From positions 51,127 to 115,126 of the forward strand of contig JAHJGM010000059.1 in NCBI GenBank assembly GCA_018824305.1: a stretch of DNA of 64,000 nt, in the 5' to 3' direction. The DNA comes from a bacterium (GTDB lineage Bacteria; Campylobacterota; Campylobacteria; Campylobacterales; Sulfurimonadaceae). Every line of letters begins with the position of its first letter. Positions within the stretch are counted from its first letter, which is position 1. The notes under the pieces were generated by a model. The model ran no database searches, was not told the origin of the DNA, and was given only the letters and a program-made list of their open reading frames with translations. This document shows, in pieces, positions 10,236-19,789 of this stretch. Position numbers and translations under genes: made by a program.

Positions 10236-10762
10236 TCAGCCTTTTTGGATCTAGCTCCCTGTGCAGAAACTTGCGCAATGAAAGCGGATATAGCCTTAGT
10301 TGCACTATATTTTATCGCTTCAAAGCGGATTTGATCTGAGATTATAGCATTTGCTTCGATTGCAAAATCATAGGTCCCTTTCGCACTATACTTCTTACTT
10401 ATCCCACTGTTTTTCATCTCAATTTTTAAAATAATTGTCGTTCTATACCCGATTACATAACCATTACTATCATACTGTATCGGAGAGTATGCAACTTTTG
10501 CGAGAGAGATAATAAGATGTGTAGTAGAATGATCTCTGTCTGTCAGTGATGTATTAAAGCTTTTTATAACAGCACTGTCCACTGCATCTTTTATAAGTAC
10601 GGTATTTTGCGGATCTATTTCTGAGATCACGACCTGTGTACTGACTTTATCACCGACGACTTCTCTTGCAAATTTAGAACTCGGAAGATATCCGCATCCC
10701 GATAGTACACCTACATGTAAGATAATAACTAAAACTGCTATAAAACTTCTTACATGTTTCAC
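10232..10762 (-). CDS. lptE: LPS-assembly lipoprotein LptE-like
   Basis: 176 aa. Signal peptide plus lipobox (LSGCGY). Size and position immediately downstream of leuS match the conserved proteobacterial leuS-lptE arrangement. The call rests mainly on synteny. Confidence 0.55.
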   Translation of the reverse strand: MKHVRSFIAVLVIILHVGVLSGCGYLPSSKFAREVVGDKVSTQVVISEIDPQNTVLIKDAVDSAVIKSFNTSLTDRDHSTTHLIISLAKVAYSPIQYDSNGYVIGYRTTIILKIEMKNSGISKKYSAKGTYDFAIEANAIISDQIRFEAIKYSATKAISAFIAQVSAQGARSKKAE

Positions 10763-10766
10763 TACA

Positions 10767-13217
10767 TTATCCTTTAACGACTATATTTACAAGTTTATTT
10801 GGAACGACTATCTCTTTTATGATCTCTTTGTCTTCTATCCATTTTTCGACACTCTCTTTAGCAAGAGCCAAAATCGCCGCATTCTCTTCACCGACGCCGA
10901 CCTCTATCTCAGAGCGTTTTTTACCGTTTACCGAAACACCCATACTGATAGTATCGACTGCAAAGACTTCATCTATGATCTTCTGCGGTGCCAAATTTTT
11001 ACAATCAAACAGATTTGAACTTAGTTCCCAGCAGATATGCGGAACTATAGGTTCTAAAATAGATGTCAATATCCAATATCCTTCAGTCCAAACATCACTG
11101 TTTTCTTGCCCCCCAAGAGCATTCATCGCTTCCATTACGCCCGCTACCATAGTATTAAAGGTATAACGCTCAGCATAGACCTCTATACTTCTTTGTAGTG
11201 CTTCATAAACTTTTTTACGGGCAAACTTTTCCTCTTTGCCAAGTTTTGCATGTTCCATGATAGGTAAAGTATCACATTTATAAGCATTTGCACTTCTGTC
11301 ATAAAAACGTTTTAAAAATCTGTATGCACCTTCGACCGCACTGTCGTTCCACTCTAGTTCCTGCGTCGGAGGAGCTGCAAAAAGGATGAAAAGTCTTGCC
11401 GTATCCGCACCGTATTTTTCTATCAAAGCATCAGGATCTACCGTATTGCCTTTTGACTTGCTCATCTTCGAACCGTCTTTTAATACCATTCCCTGAGTAA
11501 GCAGTCTTTCAAACGGTTCCGTGTTGTCTATGTATCCAAGATCTCTTAGGACTTTTGTAAAGAATCTTGAATATAAAAGGTGCAATATCGCATGCTCGAT
11601 ACCGCCGATGTAGTGATCGACATTCATCCAGTAATCGACCTCTTTTTTATCGAAACCTTTATCATTCCAAGTCGCTTGTGACGCCGTATAGCGTAAAAAG
11701 TACCATGAAGACTCCACAAAAGTATCCATAGTATCAGTTTCACGAATCGCATCACCTCCACATTTTGGACACTTACAGTTCTTCCATGTCGGATGGTTCG
11801 CTATAGGATTTCCCTCTCCCGTAAACTCAGCATCTTCGGGAAGCGTAATAGGGAGATTCTCTTTTTTCTCAGGTACGATCCCACATTTGTCACAGTGAAC
11901 TAAAGGGATCGGCGCACCCCAATATCTTTGACGTGAGATTCCCCAGTCTTTTAAACGAAAATTGATCACTTTCTTACCGAGCTCTTTGGCCTCAAAAAAG
12001 TCCATGATCTTCTGTTTCGCATCATTTGACGCTAAGCCGTCAAACTCTTTTGAATTAAACAGTACGCCCGAGTCTGTAAATGCACTGTCACTAGGAAGCT
12101 CGGCATTTTCCGGTTTTATAACAGCTTTTACACTCAGATCATACTTTTGGGCGAACTCATAGTCTCTGTCATCATGAGCCGGAACAGCCATGACAGCCCC
12201 GCTGCCGTAATCCATCAGTACAAAGTTTGCGATCCAGACAGGTATGCTCTCTCCCGTTAACGGATGTAAAACATTGATCCCGAGGGAGACACCCTGCTTG
12301 TCTTTTTGACGGTCGATGCTATTTGAGTTTTTCATATGACGGATAGATTTTGCCGTCTCTGCGTCAAACAGATCGTTTTCCAGCATGTATGTTACTATCT
12401 CATGTTCAGGGGCAAGTGCAGTATAGCTTACTCCGTAAATCGTGTCGGGACGGGTAGTAAAAACATCGAATTTTAGAAACTTACCGTTTAAAAGTTTTTG
12501 GCTTTCATCATCAAGATAGAGATCAAACTCCAGACCTGTCGATTTTCCTATCCAGTTTTCCTGCATTGTAATGACCTGTTTCGGCCATCCGTTTTCCAGG
12601 AGTTTCAGATCGTTTAAAAGCTCATCTGCATACTCTGATATTTTAAGATAATACTGATACATCTCTTTTTTCACGACTTCAGTATCACATCTCCAACAAC
12701 AACCGTCTATTACCTGCTCGTTCGCAAGTACGGTCTGATCATGCGGACACCAGTTTAAAAACCCTTTTTTACGATAAAGTATCCCTTTTTCAAACATATC
12801 GATAATAAAGCCCTGCTCGAACTTTGTATAGATAGGATCACTTGTGGCAAATTCTCTCTCTTTTGAGAATGAGAGCCCAAGATTAGAAAGTTCCCCTCTC
12901 ATATAGTCTATATTTTCATAAGTCCATTTTTTTGGATGTATCCCGTTTTTGATAGCTGCATTTTCAGCGGGCATACCAAAACTGTCAAACCCTATGGGAT
13001 GAAGAACGTTTAAACCTTGTTGGCGGTAGTAGCGTGCAAAAGCATCACCTATAGAATAGTTACGTACATGCCCCATATGCAGTCTTCCGCTTGGAAAGGG
13101 AAACATGCTAAGTATATATTTCTTATCTTTACTAAAATCGTCACTTGGCTCGAAACTAGAGTTGTCACTCCAAAATTTCTGCCATTTTTTCTCAATGGTC
13201 GAAGGGGTGTATTGCAA
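10767..13217 (-). CDS. leuS: Leucine--tRNA ligase
   Basis: 816 aa. Class I HIGH variant (HMGH) and KMSKS motifs, plus CP1 editing domain sequence. TTG start with AGGAG 7-8 nt upstream. Confidence 0.97.
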   Translation of the reverse strand: MQYTPSTIEKKWQKFWSDNSSFEPSDDFSKDKKYILSMFPFPSGRLHMGHVRNYSIGDAFARYYRQQGLNVLHPIGFDSFGMPAENAAIKNGIHPKKWTYENIDYMRGELSNLGLSFSKEREFATSDPIYTKFEQGFIIDMFEKGILYRKKGFLNWCPHDQTVLANEQVIDGCCWRCDTEVVKKEMYQYYLKISEYADELLNDLKLLENGWPKQVITMQENWIGKSTGLEFDLYLDDESQKLLNGKFLKFDVFTTRPDTIYGVSYTALAPEHEIVTYMLENDLFDAETAKSIRHMKNSNSIDRQKDKQGVSLGINVLHPLTGESIPVWIANFVLMDYGSGAVMAVPAHDDRDYEFAQKYDLSVKAVIKPENAELPSDSAFTDSGVLFNSKEFDGLASNDAKQKIMDFFEAKELGKKVINFRLKDWGISRQRYWGAPIPLVHCDKCGIVPEKKENLPITLPEDAEFTGEGNPIANHPTWKNCKCPKCGGDAIRETDTMDTFVESSWYFLRYTASQATWNDKGFDKKEVDYWMNVDHYIGGIEHAILHLLYSRFFTKVLRDLGYIDNTEPFERLLTQGMVLKDGSKMSKSKGNTVDPDALIEKYGADTARLFILFAAPPTQELEWNDSAVEGAYRFLKRFYDRSANAYKCDTLPIMEHAKLGKEEKFARKKVYEALQRSIEVYAERYTFNTMVAGVMEAMNALGGQENSDVWTEGYWILTSILEPIVPHICWELSSNLFDCKNLAPQKIIDEVFAVDTISMGVSVNGKKRSEIEVGVGEENAAILALAKESVEKWIEDKEIIKEIVVPNKLVNIVVKG

Positions 13218-13245
13218 AAAAAATCTCCTACTTTAGGGGGTTTGT

Positions 13246-13263
13246 AGGGACACTCGTGTCCCT
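13246..13263 (-). promoter_or_regulatory. G+C-rich hairpin in the 88-nt spacer upstream of leuS (terminator of the secDF unit or a leuS leader element)
   Basis: AGGGACAC-TC-GTGTCCCT, a strikingly G+C-rich palindrome in an AT-rich genome. No U-tract follows on the minus strand. It is flanked by a second inverted repeat, CGCTCA...TGAGCG. Confidence 0.4.
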
Positions 13264-13305
13264 GCCGCTCAGATGGGTTTTGCTCATTTGAGCGTGTAAA
13301 ATCAG

Positions 13306-13644
13306 TTAATACTCTTCTCTATTTTTTGAACTCTCTATATATACAAGGCCCATTGAAAATATGTTTGCGATCAGTGCACCTATAGAAAGTGCTATTGCCC
13401 AACTCATATTGCCTACTATCTCCACATAAATAAATGCAGGGATAAGATGCATATCTGCCACAAGCGAAGCGGCTAAAAGCTCTGCTGAGAGAAGATTTCT
13501 AACACCGATCTTGAGTATTGTAGAAACAAGATTCACGCTTGCTGCTACAAATAAAGCGGTACTGGTATGCTCATATAAAAACCCGGCTATCGTTGTTAAA
13601 CTCATCAACGAAAAAAATACGTATATTACTTTTCCCCAATCCAT
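13306..13644 (-). CDS. Small integral membrane protein, unknown function
   Basis: 112 aa with three to four hydrophobic helices. A strong SD (AGGAG) lies 6 nt upstream of the ATG. It sits directly downstream of secF in the same orientation. Confidence 0.55.
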   Translation of the reverse strand: MDWGKVIYVFFSLMSLTTIAGFLYEHTSTALFVAASVNLVSTILKIGVRNLLSAELLAASLVADMHLIPAFIYVEIVGNMSWAIALSIGALIANIFSMGLVYIESSKNREEY

Positions 13645-13659
13645 GACACTCTCCTAATA

Positions 13660-14631
13660 TTAAACTGTGCCGCCCTCATACTGAGCTCTCATTTTCTCTT
13701 TTTCCAACTCACGTTTCTCTTTTTCAACCAGTTTACCACGATAAGACTTGATATCAAAACCAAACCATAAAAGTATAGGCGAAGCGACAAAGATCGATGA
13801 ATATGTACCTACAACGACACCCACAAGCATTGTAAACGAAAATGCGTGAATGATCTCACCGCCGAATAAAAACAGTGTAAGAACAACAAAGAACGTTGTA
13901 AGAGATGTCAGTGTCGTACGTGAAAGAGTACGAGTTATGGAGTCGTTTATGACTTCACTCAACTCCATCTCTTTCGTCTCTACCACACCCTCACGGATTC
14001 TGTCAAATACGATGATCGTGTCGTTGAGTGAGTATCCAAGTATCGTAAGCACTGCTGCTAGGACATCCAGATTGACATCAATGCCTACTAGCGCGATCGC
14101 ACCAAGAGAGATAGAAACATCATGAATAAGTGCGACAACAGAAGCTACTGCAAAACGCCACTCAAATCTAAATGCCACATAGATAAGGATCCCAAGTATT
14201 GCAAGCAGTAATGACATCACGCCTTTTTCTCTTAACTCACCGCCGACTTTCGGACCGACGATATCAACACGTCTTATCTCAAAATCACCGCTTCCCTGAA
14301 GCGCTTCTCTTGTCACGTCGCCGATATCTTGACCTACACTGCTAGAGGTTGTTTTCATTCTGATAACGACCTCTTGGAGCGAACCGAACTCAGTGATCGA
14401 TGCGCCGTCATAAAGAGGGTTACCCTTGAGCTGTTCTCTCATTTTATCGATCGGAGCATTCTCTTTGTATTTTACCTGTATGATCGTCCCACCGGCAAAA
14501 TCTATCCCGTAATTGAGACCTTTTGTAGCCAAAAGAGCATAAGATGAAAGAACTAAAATAATAGAGATAGCAATAGCTATTTTTGAACGCCCCATAAAGT
14601 TAAAAGGACGTGTGTATCTAAAAAATTCCAT
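13660..14631 (-). CDS. secF: Protein translocase subunit SecF
   Basis: SecF signature (LNYGIDFAGG, six TM segments). I prefer the ATG at 14631 (MEFFRYTRPF...), which overlaps the secD TAA by 1 nt, over the longer track ORF starting at 14655. Confidence 0.9.
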   Translation of the reverse strand: MEFFRYTRPFNFMGRSKIAIAISIILVLSSYALLATKGLNYGIDFAGGTIIQVKYKENAPIDKMREQLKGNPLYDGASITEFGSLQEVVIRMKTTSSSVGQDIGDVTREALQGSGDFEIRRVDIVGPKVGGELREKGVMSLLLAILGILIYVAFRFEWRFAVASVVALIHDVSISLGAIALVGIDVNLDVLAAVLTILGYSLNDTIIVFDRIREGVVETKEMELSEVINDSITRTLSRTTLTSLTTFFVVLTLFLFGGEIIHAFSFTMLVGVVVGTYSSIFVASPILLWFGFDIKSYRGKLVEKEKRELEKEKMRAQYEGGTV

Positions 14632-16205
14632 TATTTTTCCTTGATCCCGAACCAAAATAGATAGTTCTTAGTTTTTTCCAATCTGCTCTCCAGCATATCA
14701 TAGATACCGTGAGTTCCAAGTATCGCCGTTAGCATAGAAGCTAAAATACCGATAGTGATAGTTATCGCAAAACCTTTGATCGCACCCGTTCCATACGCAT
14801 AGAGTACAATAGAAGCGATTAAAGTCGTGATGTTTGCATCTAAAATCGCACGCATAGCATTTGAATAACCCTCTTTTATAGCTTTTTTCATAGAAACACC
14901 GCTATATAAAAGCTCTCTGATACGCTCGGAGATAATAACATTGGAGTCGACTGCCATACCAACAGTCAGTACGATACCCGCCATACCAGGAAGTGTCAAG
15001 GTAGCTCCAAACATTGCCATCACAGCGATGATAATAAACAGATTGGCGATCAAAGCTATGTTTGCTATAACACCCGCCATTCGATAATAAACGATCATAA
15101 AAACAAAGACTAAAATAAAACCTCCGCCAAGAGCCATCATACTTGCTTTGATGCTGTCAGCTCCCAAGCTTGGTCCGACTGAACGTTTTTCCATCAAGTA
15201 GATAGGAGCTAAAAGTGCACCTGAACGAAGCGCGATAGCTAAATCCTGTGCTTCTGCAACAGAATAGTTTCCGCTTATCTGTCCGCTTCCCCCGCCTATA
15301 CGCTCATTGATGACCGGAGCCGAGTAAACTTTTCCGTCAAGTACGATCGCAAGATGGTTCCCTACATTTTTACCCGTAAAGTCTCCGAATATTTGAGCAC
15401 CCTCTGAGTTTAGCGTGAAACTGATGACGGGACGGTTGTTTTTATCAAATCCGACTCTTGCATCTGTAAGCATCCCACCGTCTAAAATAGGTATCGAACG
15501 TACAAGATGTTTCACCTCTTTGTGCTGAGCATCCGGCAGGATGACATCGCCAAATGAAGAGGCTTCAGCCGAGCTCATCGTAGTAACACGCGCAGCACGG
15601 TCTTCATCTATCGACATAAGTTCAAGTTTTGCAGCGCGGGAGATAAGTTCACGGGCGCGTTGTTCCTCTTCTTGGGTTTTGATCCCAGGGAGTTCGACGA
15701 GTATCTTATCTTCACCTTGACGAGCGACGATCGGCTCAGCCAGACCAAACTGGTCTAGACGATTACGGATAGTCTCGATAGCCTGCGTGATAGCCTGCTG
15801 TTTCGTTTTTTCGATCTCTTCTTGAGTAAGAGAAAGTGAATAGTTCTCACCGTTCACATCGACTTTTACACCCTCTGATTTTTGTAAAAACTCCGAAACG
15901 GCTTTTGCATCATCTGCGTCCAAAAGAGAAAAAATAACACCGTTATCATTGACGGCAAGTGAATCTATCAGGATATCATTATGGTCGGTAAAATGTTTAA
16001 TACTAGAAGCCAAAGATTTTATGCGAGAGACTACAGCCTCTTCGGTCTTAACACCCAAAAGCATGTGCAATCCGCCTTGAAGGTCAAGACCGAGCGTTAT
16101 TTTAGAACCTTTTTGTGTTTGCAAGATTGAGGGGATAGAATAACCCACCCCAAACAGTATTGCAAGTACAAAGATTATAATCCTGTAATTAAGCTTCATC
16201 CTCAT
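14631..16205 (-). CDS. secD: Protein translocase subunit SecD
   Basis: 524 aa. LGLDLQGG motif, large periplasmic domain, and a C-terminal six-TM SecD/SecF block. Confidence 0.92.
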   Translation of the reverse strand: MRMKLNYRIIIFVLAILFGVGYSIPSILQTQKGSKITLGLDLQGGLHMLLGVKTEEAVVSRIKSLASSIKHFTDHNDILIDSLAVNDNGVIFSLLDADDAKAVSEFLQKSEGVKVDVNGENYSLSLTQEEIEKTKQQAITQAIETIRNRLDQFGLAEPIVARQGEDKILVELPGIKTQEEEQRARELISRAAKLELMSIDEDRAARVTTMSSAEASSFGDVILPDAQHKEVKHLVRSIPILDGGMLTDARVGFDKNNRPVISFTLNSEGAQIFGDFTGKNVGNHLAIVLDGKVYSAPVINERIGGGSGQISGNYSVAEAQDLAIALRSGALLAPIYLMEKRSVGPSLGADSIKASMMALGGGFILVFVFMIVYYRMAGVIANIALIANLFIIIAVMAMFGATLTLPGMAGIVLTVGMAVDSNVIISERIRELLYSGVSMKKAIKEGYSNAMRAILDANITTLIASIVLYAYGTGAIKGFAITITIGILASMLTAILGTHGIYDMLESRLEKTKNYLFWFGIKEK

Positions 16206-16455
16206 ACTTTCTTGATACTGAGTCTTTTACCAATTTTGCTATATTTTCTTTATCTATCGAAACAGTTAAAAACTTCTCTTCAACTTTTCTTATTTCAACG
16301 ATAAGTCCGCCTGCTGTCACGACTTTATCACCTTTTTTTAGTGACTCTATCATCTCTTTGCGAGCTTTTGCCTCTTTTTGTTGAGGACGGATGATCACAA
16401 AATACATGATCGCAATTAAAAATATAAACGGTAGCAACTGACTGAATAGTTCCAT
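16189..16455 (-). CDS. yajC: Preprotein translocase subunit YajC
   Basis: 88 aa. Single N-terminal TM, then the RPQQK...GDKVVTAGG YajC core. Located upstream of secDF. Confidence 0.85.
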   Translation of the reverse strand: MELFSQLLPFIFLIAIMYFVIIRPQQKEAKARKEMIESLKKGDKVVTAGGLIVEIRKVEEKFLTVSIDKENIAKLVKDSVSRKYEDEA

Positions 16456-16524
16456 AAATGACCTTTATCGTAAAAATTGTCGTTATTATACAAAACTAAA
16501 CATAAACAAAGATATAATTTTGGC

Positions 16525-17754
16525 ATGAAAAACCATATTGATAGTATTAATCCATACTTTAAAGATATTTTCTTAGCATTATTCACCGCATCGATGTTCA
16601 GTGCTTTTATCTATTTAGAACATTTTTCTCTTACATGTAAGCTTTGTAACTCTCTCTTTGCCCTTATCGCTATCGCATCGCTTCTCTACAGCTCAAAAAG
16701 AGTCATACTTCTTAGCGGCTTTTTTATAGGATTGTTTTGGTTTTACTGGATCGGTTTTAGTTTTAAATATTACGGATTGCCGACTTGGTTCGAGCCGCTC
16801 GTAGCATTTGGTTTTGGCATCATCTATATGCTTTTTTTCGGAACGCTCGCCCTTACTAAGAGGGTCTGCATCAGAGCTATTATCTTTTTCGGACTGAGTT
16901 TCATCGAGCCTTTTGGCTTTAACTGGATGAAGATCGAGCTGCTTTTTGTCAACAGCTATTTTGGGATATCCAAACTTGATCTGGCACTTATTTTAACTGC
17001 TTTGACACTGCCGATTTTTTTCAAAGGCAGAGTCAAATATCTTCCTCTTTTGCTTTTAGTTGCTGCCCTCTCGTTTTCACATCAAAAGCTCAAACTTCCC
17101 TCTTTAAAAATAGACCTTGTCGCTACAAATCTTAATCAAGATGAAAAGTGGGACGAAAGAAATCTTCAAAATATCATCAATATGAATCTTTCGTACATAG
17201 ACGATGCGATTGACCAAAAATATGATGTCGTTGTTTTACCTGAATCCGCTTTTCCGCTATATCTTAACCATGCTAGCAAGTTGCTATCCTATCTCAGTGA
17301 AAAATCAAAAGAGATCTCTATCATCACCGGTGCGGTGATCTCGGAGAAGGGCAAACATTTCAATGTGACCTATCATTTTGAGGACGGAAACTACACTATT
17401 GCAAAAAAGATGGTCTTGGTCCCTTTTGGCGAATATGTCCCTCTTCCGAAATTTGCACAGAAATGGGTAAGCGATACTTTTTTTGGCGGTGCTTCAGATT
17501 TCTCAGTCGCTTCAGAACCGACAGATTTTGAGATAAAAGGGATGAAATTCAGAAATGCCATATGCTACGAAGCTACTAAGGATGAACTGTATTTCAGCAA
17601 TCCTAAGTATATAATAGCCATTAGTAATAACGCATGGTTTTTGCCTTCGATCGAGCCTACATTGCAAAAATTACTGTTAAAATACTACTCAAAAAAATAT
17701 GGTACCATTATATTTCATGCGGCCAACCGTGCCGGAACTAATATAATTAGATAA
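16525..17754 (+). CDS. lnt: Apolipoprotein N-acyltransferase
   Basis: Multi-TM N-terminal half plus a C-terminal nitrilase/CN-hydrolase domain (VVLPESAF, ICYE catalytic Cys). The track ORF starts at TTG 16477, only 21 nt from divergent yajC. The ATG at 16525 leaves room for two promoters, so I prefer it. The start remains uncertain. Confidence 0.8.
   Translation: MKNHIDSINPYFKDIFLALFTASMFSAFIYLEHFSLTCKLCNSLFALIAIASLLYSSKRVILLSGFFIGLFWFYWIGFSFKYYGLPTWFEPLVAFGFGIIYMLFFGTLALTKRVCIRAIIFFGLSFIEPFGFNWMKIELLFVNSYFGISKLDLALILTALTLPIFFKGRVKYLPLLLLVAALSFSHQKLKLPSLKIDLVATNLNQDEKWDERNLQNIINMNLSYIDDAIDQKYDVVVLPESAFPLYLNHASKLLSYLSEKSKEISIITGAVISEKGKHFNVTYHFEDGNYTIAKKMVLVPFGEYVPLPKFAQKWVSDTFFGGASDFSVASEPTDFEIKGMKFRNAICYEATKDELYFSNPKYIIAISNNAWFLPSIEPTLQKLLLKYYSKKYGTIIFHAANRAGTNIIR
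16631..16640. repeat. TTACATGTAA iterated palindrome, perfect copy 2
   Basis: Context tCTTACATGTAAGc. Inside lnt, read as L-T-C-K. Confidence 0.9.
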
Positions 17755-17757
17755 CTA

Positions 17758-17767
17758 TTACATGTAA
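17758..17767. repeat. TTACATGTAA iterated palindrome, perfect copy 3 (the only intergenic copy)
   Basis: Context taTTACATGTAAGGAttattATG. The 3' end of the motif runs into the cysK SD (AAGGA). Confidence 0.9.
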
Positions 17768-17775
17768 GGATTATT

Positions 17776-18699
17776 ATGAATATTGCACAAAATATAACTG
17801 AACTTATAGGCAACACCCCCTTAGTCAGACTTTCAAAACTCTCTAAAGAGACCGGTGCTACGATACTTGCAAAATGTGAATTCATGAATCCTACCAGTTC
17901 CGTAAAAGACCGTATCGGGTTTAATATGATAAAAACTGCCATGGATAAGGGTCTTATCAATAAAGAAACGACCATCATCGAACCGACAAGCGGAAATACC
18001 GGTATTGCACTTGCTTCCATCTGTGCAGCACTTGATCTTAGACTTATTCTGACGATGCCTGAATCCATGAGTTTAGAGAGGCGCAAAGTCTTAAAAGCTT
18101 TAGGGGCAGACCTTGTCCTGACACCTGCGGCTGAGGGGATGAAAGGTGCGATCGATAAAGCCGATGCACTGACAAAAGAGATAGACAACTCCATCATACT
18201 TCAGCAATTTGCAAATCCTGCAAATCCGGAGATACACAAAAAGACAACGGCACTGGAGATACTAAGAGATACGGACAATAACGTCGATGCATTTATTGCA
18301 GCGGTAGGAACAGGCGGCACCCTTACTGGGACATCCACCGTACTCAAACAAGAACTTCCAAACATTAAGATCTTTGCCGTTGAGCCGAGTGATTCGGCTG
18401 TTCTCTCAGGAGAACGTCCGGGACCTCATAAAATACAGGGGATCGGTGCAGGATTTATACCCAAGATCCTGGATGTGACTATCTATAATGAGGTCATAAA
18501 GGTAAGCAATGAGGATGCCATAGCTACGGCAAAGATGCTGGCTTCAACAGAAGGGCTTTTAGTAGGTATCTCTGCCGGGGCAAACGTTTACGCAGCGATA
18601 CAAGTAGCAAACAGAGAAGAGTTTCAAGGTAAAACAATAGTCACAATACTATGTGATACCGGAGAAAGATATCTCAGTACAACACTTTTTGATGAGTAA
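17776..18699 (+). CDS. cysK: Cysteine synthase A (O-acetylserine sulfhydrylase)
   Basis: 307 aa. PLP-lysine motif SVKDR, the TSGNTG substrate loop and the GTGGT PLP-phosphate loop. Confidence 0.88.
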   Translation: MNIAQNITELIGNTPLVRLSKLSKETGATILAKCEFMNPTSSVKDRIGFNMIKTAMDKGLINKETTIIEPTSGNTGIALASICAALDLRLILTMPESMSLERRKVLKALGADLVLTPAAEGMKGAIDKADALTKEIDNSIILQQFANPANPEIHKKTTALEILRDTDNNVDAFIAAVGTGGTLTGTSTVLKQELPNIKIFAVEPSDSAVLSGERPGPHKIQGIGAGFIPKILDVTIYNEVIKVSNEDAIATAKMLASTEGLLVGISAGANVYAAIQVANREEFQGKTIVTILCDTGERYLSTTLFDE

Positions 18700-19270
18700 A
18701 AATCTGCTTGAGACCATCAAGATCATAGATGGAGAGATACAAAACCTTTCATATCATCAAGCACGATATGAGACTTCTCTGAGATCACTTAATCTGCCTG
18801 CAAAATATGATCTAAAAGAGTTTATAACTCCGCCGGATAAAGGTATTTACAGATGCAGAGTCATCTATAATGAAAATGATGTACGAGTCGAATATTTTTC
18901 TTATGAATACGCCCCTATAGATTCTCTTAAACTCGTTACAGCAAATACGATCGAATACTCTTTAAAATATGAAGACAGAGATGAACTCAATACTCTTTTT
19001 GATATGAGAGAGAGTTGTGATGATATCCTGATAGTGAAAAACTCTCTTTTGACAGACACATCAAAAGCAAATATCGCTCTTTTTGATGGATCTACATGGT
19101 ACACTCCCTCACAACCTCTTTTATACGGGACAACAAGAGCGAGATATCTCGATGCGGGCAAGATCATTGCAAAGCCTTTACATGTAAATGAAATCGCAAA
19201 CTTTAGCCAAGTCGCCGTGCTCAATGCCATGGTTGATTTTTGTATTGTTAAAAATGGTATAATTTCATAA
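18692..19270 (+). CDS. Aminotransferase class IV family protein (aminodeoxychorismate lyase-like)
   Basis: About 192 aa from ATG 18692 (8-nt overlap with cysK). The pattern ETI...G....L..H..R...S and the C-terminal LLxGxTR block resemble PabC / branched-chain class IV fold enzymes. The family call is by eye. Confidence 0.55.
   Translation: MSKNLLETIKIIDGEIQNLSYHQARYETSLRSLNLPAKYDLKEFITPPDKGIYRCRVIYNENDVRVEYFSYEYAPIDSLKLVTANTIEYSLKYEDRDELNTLFDMRESCDDILIVKNSLLTDTSKANIALFDGSTWYTPSQPLLYGTTRARYLDAGKIIAKPLHVNEIANFSQVAVLNAMVDFCIVKNGIIS
19178..19187. repeat. TTACATGTAA iterated palindrome, perfect copy 4
   Basis: Inside the class IV aminotransferase-like gene, read as P-L-H-V-N. Confidence 0.9.
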
Positions 19271-19294
19271 AAACTTTGAGAATAAGGCTATTTT

Positions 19295-19753
19295 ATGCTG
19301 TTTGATATCATAAAAAATGACGATTTTAGAAAATTAATGCAAAGCCATATTGAAGAGCTGATTGTCTATTTTTTTAAAAATGAGCAAAATTTCGGAATAC
19401 TCTGCAATATCGACGAGATCTCTTTTGAGCCTGAACTTCCCACATATATAGCATCGGAATTCAGACCGATGACACTCTTCTTTTTAGCAGGATATACATT
19501 TGAAACCGCTCATATAGATGACAACAGACTTATATTTGAAGCGGGTTTTGGCGCTGAGAATATAGGAAGTTTTGTAAGCGTGCCCCTGCTGAGCATTCTT
19601 CAGATAATCGTTGATGAAACACCTATCTTCGTCAATGTCGCTACATATGAAAAAAACAGAGAAGAGAAAAAAGTAACAAGTGATAAAGACGGTATAAAAA
19701 ACTCTATGGAAGCACTGCTTTCAAATCCTGAAAACATGAAATTTAAAAAGTAA
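19295..19753 (+). CDS. Hypothetical protein, possibly SspB-like (ClpXP adaptor fold)
   Basis: 152 aa with SD TAAGG upstream. The segment LIFEAGFGAENIGSFVSVPLLSILQI resembles the SspB core (vrFnArFGG.pr.vsvPl.AvlaIy). It is followed by an acidic/basic disordered tail. Tentative. Confidence 0.4.
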   Translation: MLFDIIKNDDFRKLMQSHIEELIVYFFKNEQNFGILCNIDEISFEPELPTYIASEFRPMTLFFLAGYTFETAHIDDNRLIFEAGFGAENIGSFVSVPLLSILQIIVDETPIFVNVATYEKNREEKKVTSDKDGIKNSMEALLSNPENMKFKK

Positions 19754-19755
19754 GT

Positions 19756-19776
19756 AAAGGGTCTTCAAGACCCTTT
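19756..19776. terminator. Bidirectional stem-loop between convergent genes (SspB-like gene and lysR)
   Basis: AAAGGGTCTT-C-AAGACCCTTT, a 21-nt near-perfect palindrome with a G+C core. It is flanked by A/T runs on both strands and lies in the 36-nt gap between two convergent stop codons. Confidence 0.65.
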
Positions 19777-19789
19777 ACTTCTATGGAAG

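Noticed and set aside
13218-13305. Possibility that the G+C-rich spacer upstream of leuS is a tRNA gene or T-box leader
   Set aside because: It has no cloverleaf arms and no T-loop (GTTCRANYC) sequence. At 88 nt it is far too short for a T-box and lacks specifier/antiterminator architecture. It is retained only as an unexplained hairpin.
17715-18197. 160-aa minus-strand ORF antisense to cysK
   Set aside because: It overlaps a gene with clear PLP-enzyme motifs. Its translation is Ser/Ala/Ile-rich with no recognisable domain, as expected for the antisense frame of a real gene.
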